Shown: positions 30,162 to 38,622, counted from the stretch's first letter. The stretch: 63,352 nt of DNA from Chloroflexota bacterium (GCA_036741795.1 DAINRO010000001.1:1-63352); one strand, 5' to 3'. Notes: generated by a model from the letters alone, not told the origin. Program-made: numbers and translations.

Positions 30162-30632
30162 CTACCACCTGTAGTGGACGAACGCCTTGTTCGCCTCGGC
30201 CATGCGGTGTGTGTCTTCGCGCTTCTTTATCGCTGATCCTTGCTCGCGATAAGCATCGATCAGTTCGGTGGCAAGTCTTTCGGACATCGGGCGGCCGGCG
30301 CGTCCGCGGGCCGCGGTCAGGATCCAGCGCATCGCCAGCGATGTCTGGCGCGCCGGACGGACCTCGAGCGGGATCTGATAGGTAGCGCCACCGACACGGC
30401 GGGGCCGGACTTCCAGGATGGGCATGGTGTTGCGCATCGCTTGCTCGAAAACACCGCGGGGCTCTTCCTTGGTGCGCTCCGCGATGATGTCCATGGCGTC
30501 GTAAACGATGCGCTCGGCGAGGCTCTTCTTACCGTCCTTCATGACCTTGTTGATCATGACCTGCATGAGCAGGCTGCCGTACTTGGCGTCCGGAAGCGGC
30601 TTGTGACGGGCGACTTTTCCACGACGAGGCAT
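30162..30632 (-). CDS. rpsG: 30S ribosomal protein S7
   Basis: 156 aa, [18 protein letters not shown]...AFVHYRW. Confidence 0.96.
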   Translation of the reverse strand: MPRRGKVARHKPLPDAKYGSLLMQVMINKVMKDGKKSLAERIVYDAMDIIAERTKEEPRGVFEQAMRNTMPILEVRPRRVGGATYQIPLEVRPARQTSLAMRWILTAARGRAGRPMSERLATELIDAYREQGSAIKKREDTHRMAEANKAFVHYRW

Positions 30633-30642
30633 GTTGGTTCTC

Positions 30643-31056
30643 TTATGCGTCCTTGCGCGTTCCGTACTTGCTGCGCTGCTGCTTGCGTCCCACGACGCCG
30701 CCGGCGTCGAGAGCGCCGCGGACGATGTGGTAGCGCACTCCGGAGAGGTCCTTCACGCGGCCGCCTCGGATGAGGACAACGGAGTGCTCCTGGAGGGAGT
30801 GTCCCTCGCCGGGGATATAAGCGGTGACTTCCATGGTGTTGGTGAGGCGGACCCTGGCGACCTTGCGGAGGGCCGAGTTCGGCTTACGGGGAGTGACCGT
30901 GCGGACGTTGGTGCAGACGCCGCGCTTCTGGGGGCTGCCCTCACCGCGGACCATGCGGTTTTTCAGCGCGTTGAAGTGAAAACGAAGCGCAGGCGCCTTC
31001 GTCTTTGTCTTGAGGGGCTTGCGGCCCTTTCTTACGAGCTGATTAATCGTTGGCAT
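30643..31056 (-). CDS. rpsL: 30S ribosomal protein S12
   Basis: 137 aa, [13 protein letters not shown]...[16 protein letters not shown]-type core. Confidence 0.96.
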   Translation of the reverse strand: MPTINQLVRKGRKPLKTKTKAPALRFHFNALKNRMVRGEGSPQKRGVCTNVRTVTPRKPNSALRKVARVRLTNTMEVTAYIPGEGHSLQEHSVVLIRGGRVKDLSGVRYHIVRGALDAGGVVGRKQQRSKYGTRKDA

Positions 31057-31179
31057 AGTGTATGTCTGCTAGTCCTTTCGGGCCAAACAAAAAGCCGGAA
31101 CCTCGCCGCCAATGGCCAAGTCTTCCGACCGAGTCAAGCGTACACAGGCGCGTCCGCAGGAACGGAGCACCATCGAGAA

Positions 31180-31208
31180 ATGTTAACGGCGAGGGGGTGG
31201 TGTGTCAA
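31180..31208 (-). promoter_or_regulatory. candidate sigma70 promoter of the rpsL-rpsG-fusA (str) transcript
   Basis: Minus strand: TTGACA (31208-31203), 17 nt, TAACAT (31185-31180), about 120 nt upstream of the rpsL ATG. Confidence 0.5.
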
Positions 31209-31282
31209 CGGGCAGCACTTGGATCTTGAAGGTGGAAACCCTGTGACCACAGCCTCATACAGCACGTATACTGACCCTAGGA

Positions 31283-31582
31283 GTGGACACCATTCTGATC
31301 TTCACCGCTCTGACCCTCATCGGGTTGGCTGTGCTCCTATTGGGGCTATTTCTCGGATTGGTGATTCCGTGGCGGACTCACCGTTCGCAAATTCTGGCAG
31401 CCATCCTCGGCATCGTCTCGGCTTTGGCCGTTCCCTTATCTATGATGGCGCTCCTGACTGTGGGCCTACTGACGATTTGGCCCAGCCTCCTGCTTCTCGG
31501 GCTAGCTGTGGGTTGGTCGGTGAGATTCCGCGCTCCCGTCAATGAGGCATTTGACCAGCCTAACGACGTGATGCTTCGATAG
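31283..31582 (+). CDS. hypothetical small membrane protein (3 predicted TM helices)
   Basis: 99-aa ORF, GTG start, very hydrophobic (ILIFTALTLIGLAVLLLGLFLGLVI..., ILAAILGIVSALAVPLSMMALLTVGLL...). No recognisable family, and the 3' end overlaps the convergent pgpH-like gene by 23 nt. Confidence 0.35.
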   Translation: MDTILIFTALTLIGLAVLLLGLFLGLVIPWRTHRSQILAAILGIVSALAVPLSMMALLTVGLLTIWPSLLLLGLAVGWSVRFRAPVNEAFDQPNDVMLR

Positions 31583-33203
31583 CTCCATCGGTCGGTGAGC
31601 GCAGGACTGCCAGGCTTCCACTCGTCTCACCCACACCTGGCGCGGGATACTCGATGCGGGGGTGGTAGATGCCGCGGAGGGTCGCCTTGAACGAGCCCCC
31701 GATCGTCTTTAGGTCGCGGAGGGTGAGGTCGCTCTCGTCGAGCTGGCCTTCCTGGACGCGCTCGTTGATCACGCCCTCGACCAGTTCGTCGATGCGCTGG
31801 TGGCTGCGGTCCTTGCTGGCGCGGACGACGGCCTCGACGGAGTCCGCGAGCATCACGATCGCCGTCTCCTTGCTCTGCGGCTTCGGGCCGGGGTAGCGGA
31901 AGCGCTCGGCGTCGATGGCAGGGTCGGCGAGGGCGGCCTTGCGGTAGAAGTACGTGACCAGGCGCGTGCCGTGATGCTCCGGGATGAAGGCTCGGACGCG
32001 GGCCGGGATCCGGTAACGGCCAGTGAGGCTGAGTCCAGCTCGGACGTGCTCGGAGACCATTTTGGCGCTGGAATCGGGATCGAGCCGATCATGCGGGTTC
32101 TCGCCGCCCATCTGGTTCTCGATGTAGTAAGCGGGCTTGGCAACCTTGCCGATGTCGTGGAAGTAGGCGCCGACGCGGACAAGTAGGGCGTCCGCGCCGG
32201 TGAGGTCCGCGGCGCGCTCGGCCAGGTTGCCGACGATGACGGAGTGGTGGAAGGTGCCGGGCGCCTTCTCCTGGAGCTCGCGGAGCAGCGGGTGAGTCAT
32301 CTGCGCCAGTTCCATGAGCTGGATGCGCGTGGCGACGCCGAAGGCCGCACCGAGGACGTAGGAGCCGCCCATCATCACGATCACGGTGGCGACTGCGGAA
32401 ACAGCGGAGACGACCAGCATGAGGGCCACGTCGTCAGCGCCGCGGTCCGGCAGAAGGAGCCAGAACGAAAAGAGGGCAAGGAATGTGACGAGGCCGACGC
32501 TGAGGCCGGCCGTGGCGTAGTTGTTGACGCGGTCCGCGTTCCGCACCGCGAAGATCCCGGCCAGGCTAGAGAGCAGGAGGGCGCTGACCATCTGCAGCGA
32601 CTCGATCGAACCGGAGGAAGTTCGCGCGTCCGGCAGATGGTAGGCGCCGAAGGCGGCAAGCATGGCCAGCATCCCGGCGAGCAGCACGGCCAGTCCGCCG
32701 TCGAGAAGGGTGGCGACAAGCATCGGTGCGGCGGCAACGGGGAGCATGTAACCGAGATAGAGGCCGTCGGAATCGGGGAGCGTGATCGAGAAGAAGACGC
32801 GCGCGGCGGCCACCCAGAGCACTGTGATCAGGCCGAGCATGACAAGCCGCCTGACGCCGATCACCTCGGGAGGGTGGAAGAGGTAGAGGTAGATACCGAA
32901 CATAGAGGCTGAGACGACGGAAACGATGCTGGCGGAAAGTACGTCAGCGAACCCGAAGTCGTTGTCGAGCAGCCCTGCGCCGCGGATCTGTGCCAGGTCC
33001 TCGTCGGTGACGACCTGGCCTTCTTCCACGATCACTTCGCCGCCGTCGCTGAACGTCTGGAAGGCGACGTCGCCGGCGCTCAGGGAAGCCTCGCCGGGTA
33101 GCACGGGGATCAGCACGATGCCGAGGGCCGCCGCGAGGGCCAGCGTGAAGAAGAATATCTGGGCCGGGGCCAGTCCGGCCGTTGGCCTCGCTCTGGAAAT
33201 CAT
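31560..33203 (-). CDS. 7TM-HD (HDIG) membrane phosphohydrolase, PgpH/YqfF-like (candidate c-di-AMP phosphodiesterase)
   Basis: 547 aa. A short extracytoplasmic N-terminus, then multiple TM helices, then the HD domain (HHSVIVGNLAE...AYFHDIGK...HHGT). Confidence 0.8.
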   Translation of the reverse strand: MISRARPTAGLAPAQIFFFTLALAAALGIVLIPVLPGEASLSAGDVAFQTFSDGGEVIVEEGQVVTDEDLAQIRGAGLLDNDFGFADVLSASIVSVVSASMFGIYLYLFHPPEVIGVRRLVMLGLITVLWVAAARVFFSITLPDSDGLYLGYMLPVAAAPMLVATLLDGGLAVLLAGMLAMLAAFGAYHLPDARTSSGSIESLQMVSALLLSSLAGIFAVRNADRVNNYATAGLSVGLVTFLALFSFWLLLPDRGADDVALMLVVSAVSAVATVIVMMGGSYVLGAAFGVATRIQLMELAQMTHPLLRELQEKAPGTFHHSVIVGNLAERAADLTGADALLVRVGAYFHDIGKVAKPAYYIENQMGGENPHDRLDPDSSAKMVSEHVRAGLSLTGRYRIPARVRAFIPEHHGTRLVTYFYRKAALADPAIDAERFRYPGPKPQSKETAIVMLADSVEAVVRASKDRSHQRIDELVEGVINERVQEGQLDESDLTLRDLKTIGGSFKATLRGIYHPRIEYPAPGVGETSGSLAVLRSPTDGAIEASRR

Positions 33204-33251
33204 CGCATTAAACGCTTACCCACCTTAACAGAAGACGGGGAGCCTCAAACC

Positions 33252-33260
33252 ATGATACCA
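33252..33260 (-). promoter_or_regulatory. candidate extended -10 promoter element upstream of the pgpH-like gene
   Basis: Minus strand TGgTATCAT (TGn + TATCAT), about 50 nt upstream of the ATG at 33203. No good -35. Confidence 0.35.
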
Positions 33261-33296
33261 GAACCGGGGCGGATCGCTAAGTGGGAGGTGACTTGG

Positions 33297-33749
33297 TCAG
33301 GAGCCGAGGAGGGCGGTCACTACTTCGTTGACGTCGCGGCCATCGGCCTGGCCAGCGAGGCGGGTCATCAGTTCCTTCATCACTTTGCCCTTGTCGGACG
33401 GGCCGGAAGCCCCGGTTTCGGCCACGACCTTCTTCGCCTCGGCCTCGACTTCCTCCCGGCTCATCCGTGATGGGAGATATGTCTCGAGAACGCACAGCTC
33501 GGCTTCTTCCTTGTCGGCAAGGTCCTGGCGGTTGCCCTTTTTGAACTCCTCGATGCTCTCACGGCGCTGCTTCGCCTGTTTCGACAGGACCTGCATCACT
33601 TCGGCGTCCGTAAGTTCCTGGCGGGTGGACCCGGCCACCTCGGCGTTCCCGATGGCGGCGATGAGCATGCGCAAGGTGCTCTTGCGGAGGTCGTCTCCGG
33701 CGAGCATAGCCTGCTTGAGGTCGTCGGACAGTTGCTGCTTGAGGGGCAT
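33297..33749 (-). CDS. GatB/YqeY domain-containing protein
   Basis: Track ORF trimmed to ATG at 33749: MPLKQQLSDDLKQAMLAGDDLRKSTLRMLIAAI..., the typical YqeY N-terminus, ~150 aa. Confidence 0.85.
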   Translation of the reverse strand: MPLKQQLSDDLKQAMLAGDDLRKSTLRMLIAAIGNAEVAGSTRQELTDAEVMQVLSKQAKQRRESIEEFKKGNRQDLADKEEAELCVLETYLPSRMSREEVEAEAKKVVAETGASGPSDKGKVMKELMTRLAGQADGRDVNEVVTALLGS

Positions 33750-33798
33750 CGTTCGAGTGTAGGAACCGATAATTGCGGGTGTCAAACCGAAGGACGCG

Positions 33799-34503
33799 CT
33801 ACGCGAAGGCGAGGTGACGGTCCTTCATGCTCACGAAGCCACTGCGGGCGAGCACGATGTGGTCCAGCACCTCGACGCCGAGGAGCTTGCCGACCTGGAT
33901 CGCCTCACGGGTCAGCGACACGTCTTCGGCGCTGGGATCGGGATCGCCCGATGGGTGGTTGTGGACCATGATGATGCTGGGGCAACCCTCACGGACGGCG
34001 TCCTTGAACACCTCCGCCTGGCGCACGATGGCCGCGCTCACGTTGCCGCGGTAGACCGTCTTGACCGATAGGACCTCGTTGCGCGTGCTGAGCATCAGGA
34101 TCTTGAGTTCCTCCTGCTGCAGCAGCGCCATCTCTGCGAAAAGCATGGCGTAAACGTCAGCCGGATCCTTGATGAACCGCGCGGCTTCCGGGGTGACTGC
34201 TGCCAAGACGCGCCTGCCAAGCTCGATGGCCGCGAGCACCTGGCAGGCCTTTGCATCGCCCATGGAGTGCTGGCCTGCCAGCTCGCCAAAGCTGACCTTG
34301 CCCAGCCCGCGCAGCCCATCAAACGTGGACAGCAACCGTTGGGAAAGGGCGAGCACGTTCTCGCCTGCCGATCCGGTGCGGAGGAGGATCGCCATCAGCT
34401 CGGCGTTGCTCAGCGTCTCGGCACCGCGCATGCGCAACCGCTCACGCGGACGTTCTTCGGTGGGCAGGTCGCGGATAACGTTTCGGGTGACAGTTGCGGC
34501 CAC
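33799..34503 (-). CDS. radC: RadC-family JAB/MPN domain protein (UPF0758)
   Basis: 234 aa. Contains ERPRERL, LSNAELMAILLRTGS and the JAMM motif HNHPSGDPDPSAED. Confidence 0.9.
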   Translation of the reverse strand: MAATVTRNVIRDLPTEERPRERLRMRGAETLSNAELMAILLRTGSAGENVLALSQRLLSTFDGLRGLGKVSFGELAGQHSMGDAKACQVLAAIELGRRVLAAVTPEAARFIKDPADVYAMLFAEMALLQQEELKILMLSTRNEVLSVKTVYRGNVSAAIVRQAEVFKDAVREGCPSIIMVHNHPSGDPDPSAEDVSLTREAIQVGKLLGVEVLDHIVLARSGFVSMKDRHLAFA

Positions 34504-34563
34504 GGATCGAGCATAGGAGCCTGTGCCGTTAGCTCGAAGCGGGTAGTGGCACTCAGCGGAGAG

Positions 34564-35106
34564 TTACTGGGGAATGGAAAGTACGTCGCCGGGCTGGAGG
34601 ACGTACTCGAGGTCCAGGCCATTGATGGCGGCGAGGTCGGCGGGATCGTACCCGTAGGCCAGGGCGATGCTGCTCCATGTGTCGCCTTCCTGGACGGTGT
34701 ACTCCAGTGGCCCGGGATCGACGGGAACCTCTGTGGGTGGCGGTGGCGCTTCCGTCGGCGCAGGCGTGGGAGCCGCTGTTGGGACTTCGGTTGGCGCCGG
34801 TGTAGGCGTGGCGGACGAAGGAGAGCCGCTCCCCTGGGGCGTCAGGGCCGGGGTCGCGGTGGGTTCGGACTGGATGAGGTCCGAGGACTCGCCAGGCACG
34901 GATGGTGGCCGCACGATGAGCCAGAGAGCGAGGACGGTGCCGATGAGGAGCCCACCCAGGGCGAGACGAAATGCGCTCCGCGAGGGAGTGGCGTTGAGGG
35001 GGTCGAGGCAGGATGCGCAGAGGCTTGCGCCGTGGTCGGGGCAATAGTCATTGCCGCAGCGGGTGCACCGCTGCGTGTCCTCCCGCTGGCACGAAAAACA
35101 GCTCAT
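34564..35106 (-). CDS. zinc-ribbon / TM / Pro-Thr linker / LysM-domain protein
   Basis: 180 aa. N-terminal Cys cluster (CFSCQ...CTRCGNDYCPDHGASLCASC), one TM helix (LALGGLLIGTVLALWLIV), a P/T/A-rich linker, and C-terminal LysM (YTVQEGDTWSSIALAYGYDPADLAAINGL...LQPGDVLSIP). Confidence 0.8.
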   Translation of the reverse strand: MSCFSCQREDTQRCTRCGNDYCPDHGASLCASCLDPLNATPSRSAFRLALGGLLIGTVLALWLIVRPPSVPGESSDLIQSEPTATPALTPQGSGSPSSATPTPAPTEVPTAAPTPAPTEAPPPPTEVPVDPGPLEYTVQEGDTWSSIALAYGYDPADLAAINGLDLEYVLQPGDVLSIPQ

Positions 35107-35123
35107 CGCAAATGAAACGACCT

Positions 35124-35156
35124 GGCCGACGCCTCAGACTCACCTGGACGACGGCC
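35124..35156 (-). terminator. possible terminator after rplL
   Basis: Minus strand GGCCGTCG...(17-nt loop)...CGTCGGCC (one mismatch) followed by GTTTCATTTG. The stem and loop geometry is weak. Confidence 0.3.
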
Positions 35157-35172
35157 CGGTCATTGTAGCGAA

Positions 35173-35577
35173 TTACTCGAGGTCGACGGTAGCGCCAGCC
35201 TCCTGGAGCTTCTTCTGGGCCTCTTCCGCGTCGGCCTTGCCGATGCCTTCCTTCACGTTCACGGGCGCGCCCTCGACGAGGTCCTTGGCCTCCTTGAGGC
35301 CGAGGGTCGTGATCTCGCGGACGGCCTTGATGACGTTGATCTTGTTGGCGCCTGCGTCCTTCAGAACGACGTTGAACTCGGCCTTTTCCTCGGCAGCGGC
35401 TGGAGCGGCGCCATCACCGCCGGCAGCGGCAGCGGCCGGCGCTGCTGCCATCGCGACGGGGGCGGCGGCGGTGATGCCGAACTCGTCCTGGATCTTCTCG
35501 TTGAGGTCCCGCAGTTCGATGATCGTCATCTCTTTGATGATGTCGAGGACCTGGTCTACCTTCGTTGCTGTTGCCAT
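35173..35577 (-). CDS. rplL: 50S ribosomal protein L7/L12
   Basis: 134 aa. Ala-rich hinge, then C-terminal [27 protein letters not shown]. Confidence 0.96.
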   Translation of the reverse strand: MATATKVDQVLDIIKEMTIIELRDLNEKIQDEFGITAAAPVAMAAAPAAAAAGGDGAAPAAAEEKAEFNVVLKDAGANKINVIKAVREITTLGLKEAKDLVEGAPVNVKEGIGKADAEEAQKKLQEAGATVDLE

Positions 35578-35623
35578 TGTTGGTGTCTCCTTCTCGGAAT
35601 TTGCTTACTTATTTGAGGGCCTG

Positions 35624-36184
35624 CTAGGCCGTGGCTTCCATCTGTTTTGCTCGCGCTTCTATCAATCCCGGCAGCTCGCTGAGCAGGGACTGGAGGAGCA
35701 GCGTCAGCTCCTGCAAAGGCCCGTCGAGGAGGGCGATAAAGTTGGCGAGCGGCGATTGCATCTGGCCCATGAACTGGGCGAGTAGCACTGGCTTCGGCGG
35801 GATCTTCGTCAGGTCGCGAAGGTCGTTCGCGGTCAGGGTGGACCCGTCGAGGAACCCGCCCTGCACGGCGAAGGCCTGGGGCGCGGCCGTCGCGTAGGCG
35901 CCGACCGCTTTGGCCGCCTCGATGATGTCGTCGTAGGTGAGGGCCAGCGCTGTCGGCCCCTCGACGATGTCCATCAAAGACGCCTTGCCTGCCTGCTCGG
36001 CGGCGAGTTTGAGCAGGGTGTTCTTGACGACCATGACTTCGATGCCGCCTTCGCGCAGCTTCCGGCGCAGTTCCTGCATCTCCTTCACGGTCATCCCCCG
36101 GTAGTGGGTGCTGACGACCATCGTGGAGCGTTCGAGCACGTCCTTGAGCTCGGCTACGGCGTCGATCTTTTCTTGTGTGGGCAT
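35624..36184 (-). CDS. rplJ: 50S ribosomal protein L10
   Basis: 186 aa, MPTQEKIDAVAELKDVLERSTMVVSTHYRGMTVKEMQELRRKLRE... Confidence 0.94.
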   Translation of the reverse strand: MPTQEKIDAVAELKDVLERSTMVVSTHYRGMTVKEMQELRRKLREGGIEVMVVKNTLLKLAAEQAGKASLMDIVEGPTALALTYDDIIEAAKAVGAYATAAPQAFAVQGGFLDGSTLTANDLRDLTKIPPKPVLLAQFMGQMQSPLANFIALLDGPLQELTLLLQSLLSELPGLIEARAKQMEATA

Positions 36185-36393
36185 TCACCCTCCGTTTCTG
36201 CGTCCCCGGTGGACAAAAGAAAAGCCCCTCGCCGACGCGAGGGACAAGGTGCAAGGCTTACCCTGCTCTGTCCTTCACCTCGGCGGGCTCCTTCAGAGAA
36301 GGACTTAAGCCTGGGGCACCTGCTGTCTCTGGTGGTGGTCTTGTGTTCGGTTGTAGCGCGAAGTGTATCGCGGTCGCCGGTCTAGCTCAACAG
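36185..36393 (-). promoter_or_regulatory. candidate L10 leader (rplJ 5' UTR) with internal attenuator hairpin
   Basis: 209-nt untranslated gap between rplA and rplJ. On the minus strand, CCCTCGC-gtcg-GCGAGGG (36242-36225) is followed by GCTTTTCTTTTGT (36224-36212), about 25 nt before the rplJ RBS (GGAGGG). Confidence 0.5.
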
Positions 36394-37116
36394 CTAAGCG
36401 GCGGCTTTACCAGCGGACGTGGTGGCCTGGATCTCCAGCGGGACGCCGGGACCCATCGTGGTGGTCAGCGTCAGGCTGCGGATGTACTGGCCCTTGGAAC
36501 CGGCCGGCTTTTCCCGCATCACCGCTTCGACGAGGGAGTTGAGGTTGTCGAGAAGGGCTTCTTCAGTGAAGCTGATCTTGCCGAGGGGCACGTGAACGAG
36601 GTTCGTGCGGTCGGTGCGGAACTCAACGCGTCCTTGCTTGGCGTCCTTGATTGCCTTCGGCATGTCGTCGCCATCGACGACGGTATTGGTGCGCGGGTTT
36701 GGCATGAGGCCGCGGGGGCCGAGGACGCGGCCGAGGCGTCCGACCTTACCCATCATCTCCTTGGTAGCAAGCGCGACCTCGAAGTCCAGGAATCCTCCCT
36801 CGACCTTTTTGACCAGGTCGTCGCCACCTACGACATCAGCGCCGGCCCCTTCAGCGAGGCGAGCCGCCTCGCCTTCGGCGAAGACGAGGACGCGCTGGCC
36901 CTTGCCGAGACCGTGGGGGAGGACAATGGTTCCGCGAAGCTGCTGGTCTGCGTGGCGAGTGTCGAGGCCGGTGCGGATGTGGAGCTCGACGGTCTCGTCG
37001 AACTTAACGTAGGTCGTCTCCTTCAGGAGTTTGATCCCCTCTTCGGGCGTGTACTCCCGCTCGCGATCCACCTTCTCGAGGGCTGCCAGGTACTTCTTGC
37101 CGTGCTTTGCCATCAT
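36394..37116 (-). CDS. rplA: 50S ribosomal protein L1 (model using the internal ATG-ATG start)
   Basis: MMAKHGKKYLAALEKVDREREYTPEEGIKLLKETTYVKFDETVELHIRTGLDTRHADQQLRGTIVLPHGLGK... is a canonical L1. An SD-like GAAGGA sits 6 nt upstream of the ATGATG at 37116-37111. Confidence 0.85.
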   Translation of the reverse strand: MMAKHGKKYLAALEKVDREREYTPEEGIKLLKETTYVKFDETVELHIRTGLDTRHADQQLRGTIVLPHGLGKGQRVLVFAEGEAARLAEGAGADVVGGDDLVKKVEGGFLDFEVALATKEMMGKVGRLGRVLGPRGLMPNPRTNTVVDGDDMPKAIKDAKQGRVEFRTDRTNLVHVPLGKISFTEEALLDNLNSLVEAVMREKPAGSKGQYIRSLTLTTTMGPGVPLEIQATTSAGKAAA

Positions 37117-37512
37117 TGCCAGTCCTTCTACAGGAACGAGCTTCTGCTCTACCGGATCGGCAGCGAGTAGAAAGCTTTCCATCGTCACAGCGCCCAGAAG
37201 CGGCTGAGCGTCATTATCGTCCCACATGCAGAGGTTTGCGCTGACCTTATCTCCAATGCGAATCGGTACTTCAGCGAGGTCATACTCTACGGTGGTGCCA
37301 TCGGCTATCTTAAACCTCTCGCGGCGCGTGGGTTCGTGACCAAGCTCCCGCAAAATACGCCCCGGAATCCTGCTGAAGGTCGCGCCGGTGTCGACGAGCG
37401 CTTCCACCTGCACGAACCGTGTCCGAGACTGGTCGCCAACTTCGAACGTAAACGTGAAGCTGCCCACTGCGTCACCTTGCGCGCGACGAGTTGCGCTGTA
37501 CTTGGTAACCAT
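36394..37512 (-). CDS. full open frame: retropepsin-like (clan AA, DTGA) aspartic protease module fused in frame to L1
   Basis: 372-codon ORF with no stop. The ATG at 37512 is 3 nt after the rplK stop. The first ~132 aa carry EALVDTGATFSRIP and PLLGAVTMESF (retropepsin hallmarks), then run directly into the L1 N-terminus. Confidence 0.6.
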   Translation of the reverse strand: MVTKYSATRRAQGDAVGSFTFTFEVGDQSRTRFVQVEALVDTGATFSRIPGRILRELGHEPTRRERFKIADGTTVEYDLAEVPIRIGDKVSANLCMWDDNDAQPLLGAVTMESFLLAADPVEQKLVPVEGLAMMAKHGKKYLAALEKVDREREYTPEEGIKLLKETTYVKFDETVELHIRTGLDTRHADQQLRGTIVLPHGLGKGQRVLVFAEGEAARLAEGAGADVVGGDDLVKKVEGGFLDFEVALATKEMMGKVGRLGRVLGPRGLMPNPRTNTVVDGDDMPKAIKDAKQGRVEFRTDRTNLVHVPLGKISFTEEALLDNLNSLVEAVMREKPAGSKGQYIRSLTLTTTMGPGVPLEIQATTSAGKAAA

Positions 37513-37515
37513 CGC

Positions 37516-37941
37516 TCACGAACCGATCTCAACGCCCATGCTACGGCACGTGCCTTCCACCATACGCATGGCGGCGTCGATGTCGTTGGCGTTGAGGTCC
37601 TTCATCTTGGCCTCGGCGATCTGCTGTACCTGGGCGCGGCTCAGGGTGCCGACCTTCTCCCGCTTTTGCGCGGAGCTGCCCTTGTCGATGCCCAGAGCCT
37701 TACGGATTAGGTCCGAAGCCGGCGGGGTCTTGAGGATGAATGCGAAGGAGCGGTCCTCGAAGACGGTGATCTCGACGGGGATAATACTGCCCGCCTGCAT
37801 CGAGGTCTTCTCGTTGTATTCCTTGCAGAACCCCATGATGTTAGCGCCGTGCTGACCAAGAGCCGGGCCGACTGGCGGCGCAGGCGTCGCCTGACCGGCA
37901 GGGAGTTGCAGTTTGATGATCGCTCGTACTTTCTTTGCCAT
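37516..37941 (-). CDS. rplK: 50S ribosomal protein L11
   Basis: 141 aa, [43 protein letters not shown]... Confidence 0.96.
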   Translation of the reverse strand: MAKKVRAIIKLQLPAGQATPAPPVGPALGQHGANIMGFCKEYNEKTSMQAGSIIPVEITVFEDRSFAFILKTPPASDLIRKALGIDKGSSAQKREKVGTLSRAQVQQIAEAKMKDLNANDIDAAMRMVEGTCRSMGVEIGS

Positions 37942-37962
37942 GTGACTGGTTCGTGAGGGTGG

Positions 37963-38622
37963 TTAGAGTCTTTCGACCTGGAGGAAGTCCAGTTCGACCG
38001 GGGTTTCCCGGCCGAAGATAGACACCGCTACCTTCACCTTGCCTTTCTCTGCGTTTATTTCTTCCACGGTCCCGACCATGTCGGAGAAGGGGCCGTCCAC
38101 TACGCGAACGCTCTGACCTTCCGCAAAGCCCACCTTCACCACCGGCTCATCCGCCTTCATCTGCCGAATAATTGAGCGTAGCTCTGTCTCCTCTAGCGGC
38201 GTCGGCGCCGTGCCGGAACCGACGAAGCCGGTGACACCAGGGGAGTTCCGGACCACCGTCCAGGCCTTGCTCGAAAGCGCCATGTCCTGCTCCGAGGAGG
38301 AGGGGTCGTCCTGCGTCAGCGTGATCATTTGCACCAGCACATAGCCCGGGAAGATTTTGCGAGGCACGGTGCGTCGCTGTCCGTCCTTGATCTCGATCTC
38401 GTCTACGGAAGGCACGATCACCCGGAACACCAGGTCCTGCGCGTCCATCGACTTGATCCGCTGGTCAAGGTTGGTCTTCACCCGGTCTTCGTAACCGGAG
38501 TAGGTGTGCACCACGTACCAGGACGAGCCCGCGCGCAGCAACTCATCATCGCTGATGAAATCGCGTTTTGTGCTCTCTGGCGGAGCGTCCTCCAGGACGT
38601 CCGCCGCCTTCCTCTTCGCCAT
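37963..38622 (-). CDS. nusG: transcription termination/antitermination factor NusG
   Basis: 219 aa. NGN domain ([15 protein letters not shown]) and C-terminal KOW ([21 protein letters not shown]). Has an N-terminal ~30-aa extension. Confidence 0.93.
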   Translation of the reverse strand: MAKRKAADVLEDAPPESTKRDFISDDELLRAGSSWYVVHTYSGYEDRVKTNLDQRIKSMDAQDLVFRVIVPSVDEIEIKDGQRRTVPRKIFPGYVLVQMITLTQDDPSSSEQDMALSSKAWTVVRNSPGVTGFVGSGTAPTPLEETELRSIIRQMKADEPVVKVGFAEGQSVRVVDGPFSDMVGTVEEINAEKGKVKVAVSIFGRETPVELDFLQVERL

